DNA from: an uncultured virus (IMG/VR IMGVR_UViG_3300005201_000719)
Lineage: Duplodnaviria; Heunggongvirae; Uroviricota; Caudoviricetes
Reading direction: 5' to 3' (one strand)
DNA length: 64,000 nt
Virus record (IMG/VR): IMGVR_UViG_3300005201_000719
Both the position numbers and the translations under genes were made by a program. A model generated the notes under the pieces. It made no database searches and had not been told where the DNA came from. It saw nothing but the letters and a program-made list of their open reading frames with translations. Of this stretch, positions 29,071 to 39,171 are shown one piece after another. The stretch's first letter is position 1. Every line of letters begins with the position of its first letter.

Positions 29071-30396
29071 CTACCACTCATATTTTGCCCGTGCTGATGT
29101 ACTGCCGTTTGTGTATTCCTCCCGCAGCAATGATCCCGCGCTGTCAGGAGCGTCATCAGGCTCGCTCCCTTCCTTGTAATCCGTTATCTGGAGCATATAC
29201 TCATCATCGGATTCCGGCGCCCACAATATTCGCTTCCAGAATTTGTACAGGTTCGTACTTATCTTGAAATGTTTGTTCTGGGACTCATTATAAGATTTAA
29301 CCCTCAATTTCTTTGCTGTCAAGTCTTTTGCGCTCATTCCTTTGTCGGCGTTCGTTTCCTCATGGAGATATTTAACACGGTATTTGATACAGTACTCGCA
29401 TATTTTATCATACCAATCCCTCACATGGCCGGGATAAGAGAACCCTATTGCCTGATATATCGTGTCATCACCCGTCCCCCGTAACGGCGCCATGATAGTC
29501 AGAGCGCAATAGTGATCCCCGTCGAAAGCGGCGTCAAGGTGTGCAACGGCATTCTTGACCGAAAAATCCCAGCCCTTTGAGTACTGCGGATCTGAAAACA
29601 GCAGCGATTCATCTTTTCCAATTTCAAGTTTGTAATTGATAGCGTATAAAAATGGTGTAGTAAGTTGTTTCTTCTTTTCCGCTTCGCCTTTGGGGAGGAA
29701 GTTGTATTTATCAATCGGGTATTTGGCTATATCGCATATTTCGTTAATCTCCCCCCAAGCGTCCTCACGATGCCAGGGCGTTCCTATCCATGTGCTGCCC
29801 TGGCCTGGGTCAATAATGTTTGCAGCTATTTCGTGTACCATTTCCTTTGTGCGTTCACGTTCTGCGCGGCTTAATTTATCCTTTATGGTGATAATGTCGT
29901 CTACAATAACCTTGTCAAAGTGATCCCCGGTTAATGATCCGTCAATGCCTTTGGGGGTGATGTTACCTTCCGGAGTTAATGTCTTTTTGAAATTCCACTG
30001 ATAGCGGCCGTCACGTTGTCGTACAATTTTCGGCTCCATTCCGTGAGCAAACTTAAAAAGCTCTTTTACTTCCGGCAGGGACATTGCCGCGGCTATGGTA
30101 CTGGTTACATCCGCAGCGGCGCTAAAGTTTTTCCGGATTATACCTATACGGTCATCGGGGTGAAAAAGCATCCAGCGTATGGCGCCCACTACAAGGATCG
30201 ACGTGCTTTTATACGACCCCCTGAATGCCTGTAATGCGCGTGGTTCATCACTGTCCCAACAGTACCTTATCCAGTCGCTGTGTACCGGGAGTAACTTATC
30301 GCGCCCGATAAACCATCCCAGCTTATGCGGTTCCTCAGCTATAAGCCTTAAAAAATCCTCAGAATAAAGCTGTTGTCTCCAGTTTTCATTCGCCAT
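29071..30396 (-). CDS. terL: Terminase large subunit
   Basis: FRGSYKST Walker A, VIVDDI Walker B, IGTPWH, HLDAAF, DDAPDS nuclease motif. Confidence 0.92.
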   Translation of the reverse strand: MANENWRQQLYSEDFLRLIAEEPHKLGWFIGRDKLLPVHSDWIRYCWDSDEPRALQAFRGSYKSTSILVVGAIRWMLFHPDDRIGIIRKNFSAAADVTSTIAAAMSLPEVKELFKFAHGMEPKIVRQRDGRYQWNFKKTLTPEGNITPKGIDGSLTGDHFDKVIVDDIITIKDKLSRAERERTKEMVHEIAANIIDPGQGSTWIGTPWHREDAWGEINEICDIAKYPIDKYNFLPKGEAEKKKQLTTPFLYAINYKLEIGKDESLLFSDPQYSKGWDFSVKNAVAHLDAAFDGDHYCALTIMAPLRGTGDDTIYQAIGFSYPGHVRDWYDKICEYCIKYRVKYLHEETNADKGMSAKDLTAKKLRVKSYNESQNKHFKISTNLYKFWKRILWAPESDDEYMLQITDYKEGSEPDDAPDSAGSLLREEYTNGSTSARAKYEW

Positions 30397-30976
30397 TCTT
30401 CCCTTTCTTCACCGTATTTTTTCTGGTGATTATTTTTGGCTTAATGCTTTTCGTGGCCTTTTTCGTTTCCAGAAAAATCCGATCCAGCCTTTCCTTTGTG
30501 CTGTCTGGGATGGTATCAGTAAACTCTACTCTCTGGTTATTGATGATAGTTTCTCTCCAGCCACAATGGGCCTTCATGTAGAAAATCATCATGGCCGGGT
30601 TTGCTTTCCCTAATTCAACAGCCTCTTCCTCTTTCTCGTTTTTCTCTTCCGGCTTACCGCCTTTCCTCGGTGTTTTTGGTTTTGGCTCTGGCTTTTTCGG
30701 AGGTTTAAGCGGTATGCCCATCATCACCTTTTTATACGCTCTAGCCCAAAAAGCGATAAAAGCAGCTTTTCCTTTTTTATAGCAGTCGGAAAAATCCGGG
30801 TGAACTTTTACCCACTCGAAAAAGGTATCCCTGTTTATTCCCAATTCGGCGCACACTTCTTCCACGATGTAGCCTTTGTTCATGCATTCCACAACGGTTT
30901 CACACATGGAAACATCGTATTTGGACGGTCTGCCTCTAGGCAGATGATCCGCTGGATCTTTTCTTGGAGTAGCCAT
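30386..30976 (-). CDS. terS: Terminase small subunit
   Basis: GRPSKYD, HTH LGINRDTFFEW, IFYMK..GW; directly upstream of TerL. Confidence 0.8.
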   Translation of the reverse strand: MATPRKDPADHLPRGRPSKYDVSMCETVVECMNKGYIVEEVCAELGINRDTFFEWVKVHPDFSDCYKKGKAAFIAFWARAYKKVMMGIPLKPPKKPEPKPKTPRKGGKPEEKNEKEEEAVELGKANPAMMIFYMKAHCGWRETIINNQRVEFTDTIPDSTKERLDRIFLETKKATKSIKPKIITRKNTVKKGKNGE

Positions 30977-30999
30977 ATTATTTCCCCTCGTTAAGGCAG

Positions 31000-31027
31000 A
31001 TTATACACCTGTTTTTGAGATTGACAA
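31000..31027 (-). promoter_or_regulatory. Candidate promoter for the packaging genes
   Basis: TTGTCA-16 bp-TATAAT upstream of terS. Confidence 0.45.
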
Positions 31028-31166
31028 CCTTTGCAATTTCCAGAGGCTAAAAAAGGACAGGAGGGATGTTTTTCTGCCCTCTATGTCCCTTCCCAAAATG
31101 CTCTAAAACCTACCTGTAGCTACCTCTGTTGAGTTTTCCGGGGTTCTGCCGTGTGTAGATAGGTCT

Positions 31167-31685
31167 TTACACTTTCCGGACATACAGCTCTTTGGAATAC
31201 CCGGTTGCCCGGGAAGCCATGAGCTTCAAAAACTCTTCTTTGGACAAATCGGTAAGCCTGAATATCTCTTCCGGCCGCATTCCCAGCTCTTTGCCGATTT
31301 CTTTAATGGTTTTCCCCTGGGTCAGCAGTTGTTTTACGATATTCTTCATCGGTTCAAGTAAATGTACGCCTCTTGCCCGGTTGTGGGTAACCGTCCCGTA
31401 AATATCCCCGGCTTCATCCGCGTGTTTTACGATTACGATAGGCACTTTGCCCTTGAGCTGGGTCTTTAGCGGTTCTTCCCCGGATACCGTCCAGCGGTGG
31501 AAGCCGTCTATGATGGTGTAATCCGGCCGGCAGACTATGGGAAGCGTCCAGCCGTTGCTCATAATGGATTTTACCAATAAATCAAGGTTTTCCCTTGATA
31601 CCTTATTGGGGTTCCAGTCATTTGCCTTTAATAATCCCCTGTCCACCCACTGTAGCGTGGATAGCGGCGCTGTTAGTTTGTTCAT
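31167..31685 (-). CDS. ParB/Srx-like protein (IbrB-like)
   Basis: ANDWNPNKV, GWTLPIV, IIDGFHRW, TVTHNRARGVH. Confidence 0.85.
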   Translation of the reverse strand: MNKLTAPLSTLQWVDRGLLKANDWNPNKVSRENLDLLVKSIMSNGWTLPIVCRPDYTIIDGFHRWTVSGEEPLKTQLKGKVPIVIVKHADEAGDIYGTVTHNRARGVHLLEPMKNIVKQLLTQGKTIKEIGKELGMRPEEIFRLTDLSKEEFLKLMASRATGYSKELYVRKV

Positions 31686-32815
31686 GTTTTCTTCCTGCTT
31701 TTCCTGTGTTGGTGTGCGTACTGCACGTTGATATTGGTGATAATGCCCCGGAGCGTCCTTTGTTTTGGGTCGCCGGCGATTAGACAGTCATAAATTTGCT
31801 TGTATATCCTGTTGCAGTCGATAATTGAGCCGTACTTGAACAGCAGCTTTATGATATGTTTGGCGTTCTCCAAAGAGCTTTCCATGACAAAATTCTTCTT
31901 GTGGTTCTGCAGCAGGTTAAAGACCTCAGCCTTATAATCCCGCGGGGTTTCCAGCTCCCTCCTGGTTTTGCTTGAATGCCGGAACATTTCGCTGTCCCAG
32001 TAGAGGGCCGCAAGGTAGGCGTTCGGCTCCCTCCGGATTATGCGGTCCATAAGATCCGGATAATACTCGTTCATCTTTACCAGGGATTTGGCCGTGTCCA
32101 CGGAAAAGAACTGGGACACCCTGAGCTGGTTAATCCGGATTCCCGCCTGATACATATACAGGTACACCTCCGGGATGTCGATTTTCTGTTCGTACAGATA
32201 CCGCCAAATATCCAGATCTTTCCAGTCGTACATCGGCCATACCATGTTCCCACGGGCCAGGCCGGTATTTGCCGAAAAGGAATACGTCATAAACTTAAGC
32301 CGCTGGAGAGATTCCGCCATCCGTACCCCCACAATACAGATGCCGTCCGCGTTGTGGCGCTCCAGGAATTGCTGGTATCTGTCCTGCCTTGCCTTGCATA
32401 AGGGGTGTTTGAAAATCGCGAACGGCGGCGGCTGGCGTACCCATGTTTCTTTTTTCTCGCTGTCCCAGCAGATAAAATACTCGTCCTGTTCAAGCAGGTT
32501 AAAGTATGAGTAATGCCGCACCTCAAGGCAGAACCAGTTAAACCGCCCTCCCGCCAAGAGGATTTTTTTTCGCCACTCATAGACTTTTTTTATTACGCAG
32601 TCGTACATCGCCTCTTCATCTATGAATTCCGCAATCATTTTTGAGGCGTCTATTTTGCCTTCTGCGGCCAATTTGAGTATCACGTCCATCATGCACATGG
32701 AATCTTTGCCCCCTGAGAAACTGACGTATACCTTCTTGCCGTTGGAAAAGGCGTTGATTATCCGCTGCCGGGCGGCGTCAAGGACGTTCTTGCTCCCCTC
32801 CCGTTTTACAACCAT
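31682..32815 (-). CDS. PAPS-reductase-family PP-loop protein (IbrA-like)
   Basis: VSFSGGKDS, FIDEE, GVRMAESLQR, PMYDWKDLDIW. Confidence 0.88.
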   Translation of the reverse strand: MVVKREGSKNVLDAARQRIINAFSNGKKVYVSFSGGKDSMCMMDVILKLAAEGKIDASKMIAEFIDEEAMYDCVIKKVYEWRKKILLAGGRFNWFCLEVRHYSYFNLLEQDEYFICWDSEKKETWVRQPPPFAIFKHPLCKARQDRYQQFLERHNADGICIVGVRMAESLQRLKFMTYSFSANTGLARGNMVWPMYDWKDLDIWRYLYEQKIDIPEVYLYMYQAGIRINQLRVSQFFSVDTAKSLVKMNEYYPDLMDRIIRREPNAYLAALYWDSEMFRHSSKTRRELETPRDYKAEVFNLLQNHKKNFVMESSLENAKHIIKLLFKYGSIIDCNRIYKQIYDCLIAGDPKQRTLRGIITNINVQYAHQHRKSRKKT

Positions 32816-33390
32816 ATCACTTCACCGCACTTCGGGCAGGTAACGCTTTTCAGCTCATCTGCCGGCGTTTCCGCGGTTACGGCCGCCTCCGGGTTGCCGG
32901 TTTCCTCGTTATTGACTTCCGAATGGGATTCTATTCCCATAAGGTTTTCTACCGTCGCCTTGCCGTAATCTTCCAACGCCTGGGATATTTCCTCAGACGC
33001 GGCGCCAATGGAGGTTAGTATATCGTCGTCAAATCCGGGGATATCGAAATCGCCGGCCAGGTCGTGGATGAGCTGTTCAATGTTGCCCAGGTTGTCTATG
33101 CCCAGGCCGGCCGTTTTGTTATCGGCCATCATCAGCTTCTTTTTCTCGTTGTCGGTAAGCTCGTATAGCATGACTACCCAAACCTTCTTAAAGCCCTCCG
33201 CTCGCATGGCTTCCACAAGGCCGTTCCCGGCAAGTACCAGATATTGATCGTCGATTACGACGTTCTTGTACTGCCCCCACTTTTTGAGGGAGCGGCGGAT
33301 CTCCGCTATCTGTTTTTCCGGATGTATGCGGGTGTTCAGCTCCGGCGTTTTCAGCAGGGCTATGCTTACCTCTTTACGTTCTTTCCGCAT
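32806..33390 (-). CDS. ParB-N domain protein with a C-terminal CPxCG motif
   Basis: NTRIHPEKQI, LAGNG, ADNKT, CPKCG. Confidence 0.8.
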   Translation of the reverse strand: MRKERKEVSIALLKTPELNTRIHPEKQIAEIRRSLKKWGQYKNVVIDDQYLVLAGNGLVEAMRAEGFKKVWVVMLYELTDNEKKKLMMADNKTAGLGIDNLGNIEQLIHDLAGDFDIPGFDDDILTSIGAASEEISQALEDYGKATVENLMGIESHSEVNNEETGNPEAAVTAETPADELKSVTCPKCGEVIWL

Positions 33391-34459
33391 GATTGTTCCC
33401 TCCGTTGTCTTTTTTTCTTTCCGCAAGGCGCCAGACTATGGCGAAAAGTACCGCGCCCAGAACGATGTAGATCCGGATTGACGCCATAAGCGTCCACACG
33501 CCAAGAACGCCCATGGGGATAAGGAGCTGCCAAAAGCCCACGACAGCGATGTTCAGGGCAAGCCCTATCCGGCGCCCAAAGGTGATGTAGACGCTGTAGA
33601 GGAATGAGGACACCGTGGATATCGCCACGAGGAAAATCAGAAAGGCTTTGATGATATTAAGGACCGGGTTAAAATGCGTCCACGCAAGCAGGAAGGTAAA
33701 CGTCAGGTACGCGCCGAACAGCAGGCCGCCCCCGATAAACGCCCGGCGTATATTGATTCTCTTTACTCCGGCGCCGTTCTTCTCGTTGTAATCCAGGATT
33801 TCAAAAAAGTACGGGTACAGGAACGGCCCGGGTATCAGCAGCACGCATTTTTGTACGCCCTCGATTATGGCCGGGGGTTCAATCCCCCAGGGCAGAACGT
33901 TCATCGCGCCGCGGGAATAGGCGATTGCCCCTACCGTCAGCAGCAGCGCGACGCCGTACACGGCCGCCCAGCTCGCATTATCGGTAAGCACGGTGCGGAT
34001 CATGCCGTCCCGGAACAGCAGGAAAATGAAGAGCGCGGCCGCCGCGTAAGCCAGTATAAGGCCGAACGTCCCGCCCATAGGCGTATCCTGGAACACCGTA
34101 TGGATGCCGTTCAGATTTAGCCACACCTGAAACACGCACATAAGGCCTGTGATGTACCGCATTGCCCGGCTCCGGAAGACGTCACGGAGCTTTGGTATCG
34201 CCGGCGCGAATAACCCGAACACAACGCAGGCCATTGTGTTCCCGAAGGCCCAAAGCAGAAACGGGACTATCCCGAAATTCTGCGCCATTTGGATGCCTAC
34301 CATGAGCGATCCTACTCCGGCCCATGTCGCCGCGATGGACATCGAGTAGTACCGAGATGGATTTTGGATAAAGCTTGATTTTACGCGCGAGAATACGCGC
34401 GGACTGTTACCGGCATCCGGGCGGTCCCCGGGCCGGGTTTTGAGATTGGTGGTGTACAT
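33374..34459 (-). CDS. Multi-pass membrane protein, solute-symporter-like
   Basis: About 10 hydrophobic segments; SIAATWAG motif resembling TM1 of sodium:solute symporters. Confidence 0.7.
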   Translation of the reverse strand: MYTTNLKTRPGDRPDAGNSPRVFSRVKSSFIQNPSRYYSMSIAATWAGVGSLMVGIQMAQNFGIVPFLLWAFGNTMACVVFGLFAPAIPKLRDVFRSRAMRYITGLMCVFQVWLNLNGIHTVFQDTPMGGTFGLILAYAAAALFIFLLFRDGMIRTVLTDNASWAAVYGVALLLTVGAIAYSRGAMNVLPWGIEPPAIIEGVQKCVLLIPGPFLYPYFFEILDYNEKNGAGVKRINIRRAFIGGGLLFGAYLTFTFLLAWTHFNPVLNIIKAFLIFLVAISTVSSFLYSVYITFGRRIGLALNIAVVGFWQLLIPMGVLGVWTLMASIRIYIVLGAVLFAIVWRLAERKKDNGGNNHAERT

Positions 34460-34478
34460 AAGTTCTCCCTCAGTTGGG

Positions 34479-34508
34479 AGTATAACAACAGGGAATTTTC
34501 TTTGTCAA
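34479..34508 (-). promoter_or_regulatory. Sigma70-like promoter of the transporter-ParB-PAPS cluster
   Basis: TTGACA-18 bp-TATACT with TG. Confidence 0.6.
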
Positions 34509-34577
34509 ATTCAGTTCATTTCTATTTTGTGCTATTTTGTCGCATCTGTCGCTTTATGCCAATTTTGTTGAATCGAT

Positions 34578-35405
34578 TCAACAAAATTCTTTTAAGGCTT
34601 TATATTTTGCGTATATTACTGCAGGCCGCGCCCATGGCCATGTGAACCGTATCCATTCCGGATCGCGTTCCCCCGTTTCATCCCTGTACAGCATAGCCAT
34701 AGGGTAAAACCCGGCTTTCATGCAATCAATAAGACGTTCCTCAGCTTTTTGTAAAGTATCGCCGGGATATCCAATTAAAACGTATGCCCGTAATGGATGG
34801 CATATTTTTAATCCGGCTTCTCTTAATAATTTTCCCGCTTCGTAAAGCGGCTCACGGTCATTGGGGGTGTCGTATGCGAAAAATACTTGTTTCGGTTTTA
34901 TTTCCGCCAATTGTGATACGTGCCATTCTTTTAGCCGGGCAGCTTCCAAACCGCCTGTGAAACTCGCCTTGTGCCGCTGTCGTTTCAACATATCAAAAAC
35001 GCTGGTTATATGCTCATCAGAACAGGCAAGCAGATTGTCATCAAGGATATTCCAACCGTCTTTTACCTGCAGTTCTTTTATAGCCTCCCCTTCGCGGCGC
35101 CACACGCTGCAAAACCAGCAACGGTTCGGGCATCCCCGGCTTGTGATTACATAGCCTTTTTTAATATACATCCCTGGGATAAACTCATCGCCAGCCTGCC
35201 CTGTAGCGGGGCCGCCGATTTTTGTGGGTGCGACATGGCGCCATTCTTTTTCTAATCGTTCCGCTTCCGGCAAATCCCATGTAAATGTTACGGATATATG
35301 AACCTCGTCAGCCTCCGCAAACATAGTTGGATATCCGACAAATGATAATTCATCTGTCGGTGTAGTGTTTTTTATTCTGCGGGGAAACACACGAATTATT
35401 TTCAT
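34578..35405 (-). CDS. Radical SAM protein
   Basis: TSRGCPNRCWFC (CxxxCxxC), ILDDNLLA. Confidence 0.85.
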   Translation of the reverse strand: MKIIRVFPRRIKNTTPTDELSFVGYPTMFAEADEVHISVTFTWDLPEAERLEKEWRHVAPTKIGGPATGQAGDEFIPGMYIKKGYVITSRGCPNRCWFCSVWRREGEAIKELQVKDGWNILDDNLLACSDEHITSVFDMLKRQRHKASFTGGLEAARLKEWHVSQLAEIKPKQVFFAYDTPNDREPLYEAGKLLREAGLKICHPLRAYVLIGYPGDTLQKAEERLIDCMKAGFYPMAMLYRDETGERDPEWIRFTWPWARPAVIYAKYKALKEFC

Positions 35406-35617
35406 AGATAATCAGTACCACCTATGCCGGGACGCCTATCATAATGCTTCTGATAGTAACGCGGAAATAGATGTGCGGGACGGCACTCTGGACACAATGT
35501 AACATGGGTCAAAGCCCAATCAAGATTTGCCTCAACATCCTTTTTAAGACGATGAGTACACTTGAACTCAAACACCTTTCCGCAGTTATCACATTCAATT
35601 AACATACGTTTCGTCAT
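35402..35617 (-). CDS. Small zinc-finger-like protein
   Basis: CDNC...CPEC; GGAGG RBS. Confidence 0.5.
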   Translation of the reverse strand: MTKRMLIECDNCGKVFEFKCTHRLKKDVEANLDWALTHVTLCPECRPAHLFPRYYQKHYDRRPGIGGTDYL

Positions 35618-35866
35618 TTTTCACCTTCCTCCTAAAATGTTTCCACCAAAACCTTTTTCATAATTTGGTTCATCATTGTCAGCGGCCTTCTTTTTCTTTC
35701 AGGCTTCTCCAATGGAGTTTCCGCGAAAAACATACAATATATCGAACAGCAGTACCATGGCACACCCGCAAGGCACTTCTTGTCCCGGCAGTTCGCGCAA
35801 TACTTACAGATATGCGGGTACATCTGTTCGGATACGGGGGTAACTGTTTCATTGCTTGTTTCCTTT

Positions 35867-36472
35867 CTACGCAATTCCGTTGTCATGGCAAAATCTATAT
35901 AGGGTGAATCTGTGAACCCCTAGCATCTTTGCGATTTTCGCCTTTGACATACCTCCTTTTAGTAATTTCTTTATTTCTTTCCCTTTACCAGATAATTTAA
36001 TCGGCTTTTTGTTTTTACTTCCCTTTGGCCTGCCTATATGTATGCCCTCGGCCATTTTCTTTCTTAACGCTTCTTTCGTTCTCTGGCTTATCATATCTCT
36101 TTCGATTTCAGCAGCGATTGAAAATGCGAAAGCAAGAACTTTTGATTGAATGTCATTTCCTAATACATAGTTATCTTTTACCGTTACAACTTTGACTTCA
36201 TTCTTCATACAGAATTCAAGTACCCGCATAACCATATACATAGACCTGCCTATTCTGGACAGCTCGCTTGCTATTATTGTGTCTCCCTTTTTTACTTTTT
36301 CCATGAGTTTCCCAAGCTGCCTTTTTCCCGGCTCTATTTTCCCGGATACTCCGGAATCAATTATGTACTCGCCGATTTTTAGCCCCATAGAACGCGCTTT
36401 TTTATCCACGCCTACTTTTTGATTGGATTCATCCTGCCGGTCGGTACTTACCCGCAAATAACCGTATGTCAT
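35867..36472 (-). CDS. Serine recombinase (resolvase/invertase) with a C-terminal HTH
   Basis: YGYLRVST, DSGVSG, SELSRIGR, AEIERDMISQRTKEAL, GRP. Confidence 0.93.
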   Translation of the reverse strand: MTYGYLRVSTDRQDESNQKVGVDKKARSMGLKIGEYIIDSGVSGKIEPGKRQLGKLMEKVKKGDTIIASELSRIGRSMYMVMRVLEFCMKNEVKVVTVKDNYVLGNDIQSKVLAFAFSIAAEIERDMISQRTKEALRKKMAEGIHIGRPKGSKNKKPIKLSGKGKEIKKLLKGGMSKAKIAKMLGVHRFTLYRFCHDNGIA

Positions 36473-36735
36473 GCTAAAAGCCCCTTTACCTGAGCTGCTA
36501 CAGATTCCCCAAAGTTATTTTCAAGCACATCGCACATTGATAATCCGTCTTTTTCATAATCTCCAAACTTATCGTGTAGCCAATCATCAAACTTCCCAAG
36601 ATCGAGAACCGGCTTGCTTAATGCTATTGTTAAATCTTTATCCATAAAATTACTAAAATACACCCTGAATGTTTTATGGAAAAGTTTATGCGCGGCGAAA
36701 AATAATTCTCTGTTATCGATCATTTCTTTTGTCAT
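36469..36735 (-). CDS. Hypothetical protein
   Basis: ORF with RBS, coupled to the recombinase gene. Confidence 0.5.
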   Translation of the reverse strand: MTKEMIDNRELFFAAHKLFHKTFRVYFSNFMDKDLTIALSKPVLDLGKFDDWLHDKFGDYEKDGLSMCDVLENNFGESVAAQVKGLLA

Positions 36736-36936
36736 TCATTCACCTCAATCAAAATGGTATTTCCGGATCACGTAATGGATCAGTAGTTAGATGCCATTTT
36801 TCTTGTGCTTCTTCTTTCCATTGTTCCCTTAGCCAATCTTCATAATGGCCGTCCCTGCCATAAGCAGGATCGCCATAGCACATTGAACAAACGCTTTGCC
36901 CATCCGGAATTGATATTCCGCAACTTGAACAAGTTC

Positions 36937-37407
36937 TCATTCCCACCTCCTTACGTCTTTTATCCTGTACTTAAGCACCTTTGTTTCACAAACTCCACAA
37001 CAAATACAACTTACAACCGGCTCCAATTCTTTTATTATATGTAGTGTTTCTGTCGGTGGAGATTGTACAGGAACATCTACCCACGAATTTGAGGTTGATG
37101 TATTGATAACTTTATGCAAATACATTTTGTTATCAGCTCCGTATCGCTTTTGTTCTATCAGAACATAATCTCCGAAAGAAAGCTCGCTCTGCTTCTCTTT
37201 ATCCTTTGCTGCAAAATATTCATCGAGTTCATACATCAAAGTTTCACCATTGTCCCCATCGCCGCCTGTCTTCCAACAAAAATAATCATCACAAAATTCA
37301 AAATCATAGTCCGCAAGCCATTCGACTATTTCCTCAGATCGTTGGTCATGATCTATCCCCTGTTCCCAACGAGTATTTACATCAATAGTTTGTACTACCT
37401 TTGGCAT
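36937..37407 (-). CDS. Hypothetical phage protein
   Basis: FCWKTGGDGDNGETLMY motif; AGGAG RBS. Confidence 0.55.
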   Translation of the reverse strand: MPKVVQTIDVNTRWEQGIDHDQRSEEIVEWLADYDFEFCDDYFCWKTGGDGDNGETLMYELDEYFAAKDKEKQSELSFGDYVLIEQKRYGADNKMYLHKVINTSTSNSWVDVPVQSPPTETLHIIKELEPVVSCICCGVCETKVLKYRIKDVRRWE

Positions 37408-37418
37408 TTCTCTTCTCC

Positions 37419-38114
37419 TTAAACTGCCCACACATAATCAGGCAATAGTGATATGGTATTATCCAGCCTTCTTGCGGCTGCCATTTTTTCCTTGTTATAA
37501 GACGGTTCATCAATGGCAGCCCATTCATCATAGGCGTCCGTTATCGACGAAACTGTGTTTAGAAGTTTTTTCCGTTCGTTCTTTACCAATCCGAAAACAG
37601 AGGTAAGGCAATCGTACTCATTCCGCAAATCAAGAAAACTTATCAGTATCCCAAAACATTGCCCTCCGATAGCGATAATTTGTTCTTTGGTAAGTCGCAT
37701 CAGTCTTTTCCCTGATTCTCTTTGTGCAAGTTCGGCGTCATATTTTGTAAGGTTAAAATAATCATTTTCAAATGTGTCATAGCCGACTACATATTGTGTT
37801 CTGCCAAGACTTCCCACAAGATAATCATCAAAATGTTCTGTGACGTAACTGTCCTTTATCCTTTCAATTAAAATTTCGATCTTACCTTCCAAATCGGTAA
37901 GGCAAAATTTAATCTCATCAAGTTCTTCCTCATCCCCGCCCAGGGCTTTCAACATAGCTTCCCTGTCTTCTTCGTACAGCAGGCTACAGCATTCGTCCTG
38001 TATTTCATACAAACAATCAACAATGCGATTTCTCTGTATTAAGAACAAAGCGCCCTTCTTATACCTTATTTTTTTGGCTTTTTCTGCCACTTCGCTTTCA
38101 TCGGCATCGTACAT
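37419..38114 (-). CDS. Hypothetical protein
   Basis: 231-aa ORF with RBS. Confidence 0.6.
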   Translation of the reverse strand: MYDADESEVAEKAKKIRYKKGALFLIQRNRIVDCLYEIQDECCSLLYEEDREAMLKALGGDEEELDEIKFCLTDLEGKIEILIERIKDSYVTEHFDDYLVGSLGRTQYVVGYDTFENDYFNLTKYDAELAQRESGKRLMRLTKEQIIAIGGQCFGILISFLDLRNEYDCLTSVFGLVKNERKKLLNTVSSITDAYDEWAAIDEPSYNKEKMAAARRLDNTISLLPDYVWAV

Positions 38115-38124
38115 ACATTTCTCC

Positions 38125-38478
38125 TTATTCTTGATTGGGGCATTTTAATTCCGGAGCTATATCATGCCGTGTACCAAACAACTGGCAGACCCCGGGACGC
38201 AAATCATAAATGCGGCAGTAACATTTTCCATCCTTGTCTTTTCCCAAAAATGGACAATCCAGATCGCCCATTTGAAGTGATATTACTATCTGTTCAAGGG
38301 GCTGGCTCATTTTGTTGTATATCGAGCGCGGTATATAAAACGGCGTTCCCTCAATGTATTGCTTTATCAAGGATATTCCCAATTTTTCAGCGGTTCTCCG
38401 GACAGCCTTGTATTCCCGCCGTGTGAACGGCGCCACACCGCAGCATTCGCCGCAGCGCTTACAGGTAAAATTAGCCAT
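38125..38478 (-). CDS. YkgJ-family cysteine cluster protein
   Basis: CKRCGECC, CPFL, CRIYDLRPGVCQLF. Confidence 0.85.
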   Translation of the reverse strand: MANFTCKRCGECCGVAPFTRREYKAVRRTAEKLGISLIKQYIEGTPFYIPRSIYNKMSQPLEQIVISLQMGDLDCPFLGKDKDGKCYCRIYDLRPGVCQLFGTRHDIAPELKCPNQE

Positions 38479-38854
38479 GATAACTCCAGTCCCCTTCATA
38501 ATTCCATAGTCCCAGGGCGCCGCGGGTGGGTATACTTTTTTCCAGCGACATGGGATAGCGAAACCTCCAATGGAAAAGCCCAGGCTCGTCCCAGGGAGTT
38601 TTATTATCCCTGTCAACGTTGTACAGCTCCACCGTACCGATTATTTTCCCGGCCTGTGCTTTCCAATACGCATAATCCGCTGGGGTAGCGTGCCAACGTT
38701 CTGCGGCATGGCGGTCCAGTTCTTTGGATACGTGGATCATAATCCGTCCCCGATACAGGGTTTCCCATGTCCGGTTTTCGGTTGTCTTAAACTGCCCTTG
38801 ATGGCCGAATATGATCCAATCAGCCCAAGGGTTTTTTATGGTAAGTACCTTCAT
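38471..38854 (-). CDS. ASCH domain protein
   Basis: LTIKNPWA, KTTENRTW.T.YRG.I.IH, RGALGLW. Confidence 0.85.
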   Translation of the reverse strand: MKVLTIKNPWADWIIFGHQGQFKTTENRTWETLYRGRIMIHVSKELDRHAAERWHATPADYAYWKAQAGKIIGTVELYNVDRDNKTPWDEPGLFHWRFRYPMSLEKSIPTRGALGLWNYEGDWSYHG

Positions 38855-38874
38855 ACACACATCCCTTCCATTTT

Positions 38875-39171
38875 CTAATCTCCTTTGTTTGCAATTTCCA
38901 ATAAAACATCCGCATGGCACGGTTTGTCTAACGGACACCAACAGGCCAAGTCTTTACCCCGCAATTCAGTTTTTATCTGCTTTATGTATTCATTATCAGG
39001 ATCAAACATTTTGAACATGATCATTTCTTCAAATTGCTCTACTGCACTTGACCCCAATGGCTTCTTATCAAAGAATGGATTTCCCCACTTTGTCGGACGG
39101 CCGACATAAACCGTATTCGGCGGCATCTTCCAACCCTTAACACGTTTTCGCTGTATACGCTTAGGCATCAA
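38875..39171 (-). CDS. DUF4326-like protein
   Basis: VYVGRPTKWGNPF, LRGKDLACWC...CHADVL. Confidence 0.85.
   Translation of the reverse strand: MMPKRIQRKRVKGWKMPPNTVYVGRPTKWGNPFFDKKPLGSSAVEQFEEMIMFKMFDPDNEYIKQIKTELRGKDLACWCPLDKPCHADVLLEIANKGD

Noticed and set aside
35867..36472. Serine invertase driving tail-fibre inversion
   Set aside because: It is far from the tail genes, and no flanking inverted repeats or opposite-strand cassette were seen.
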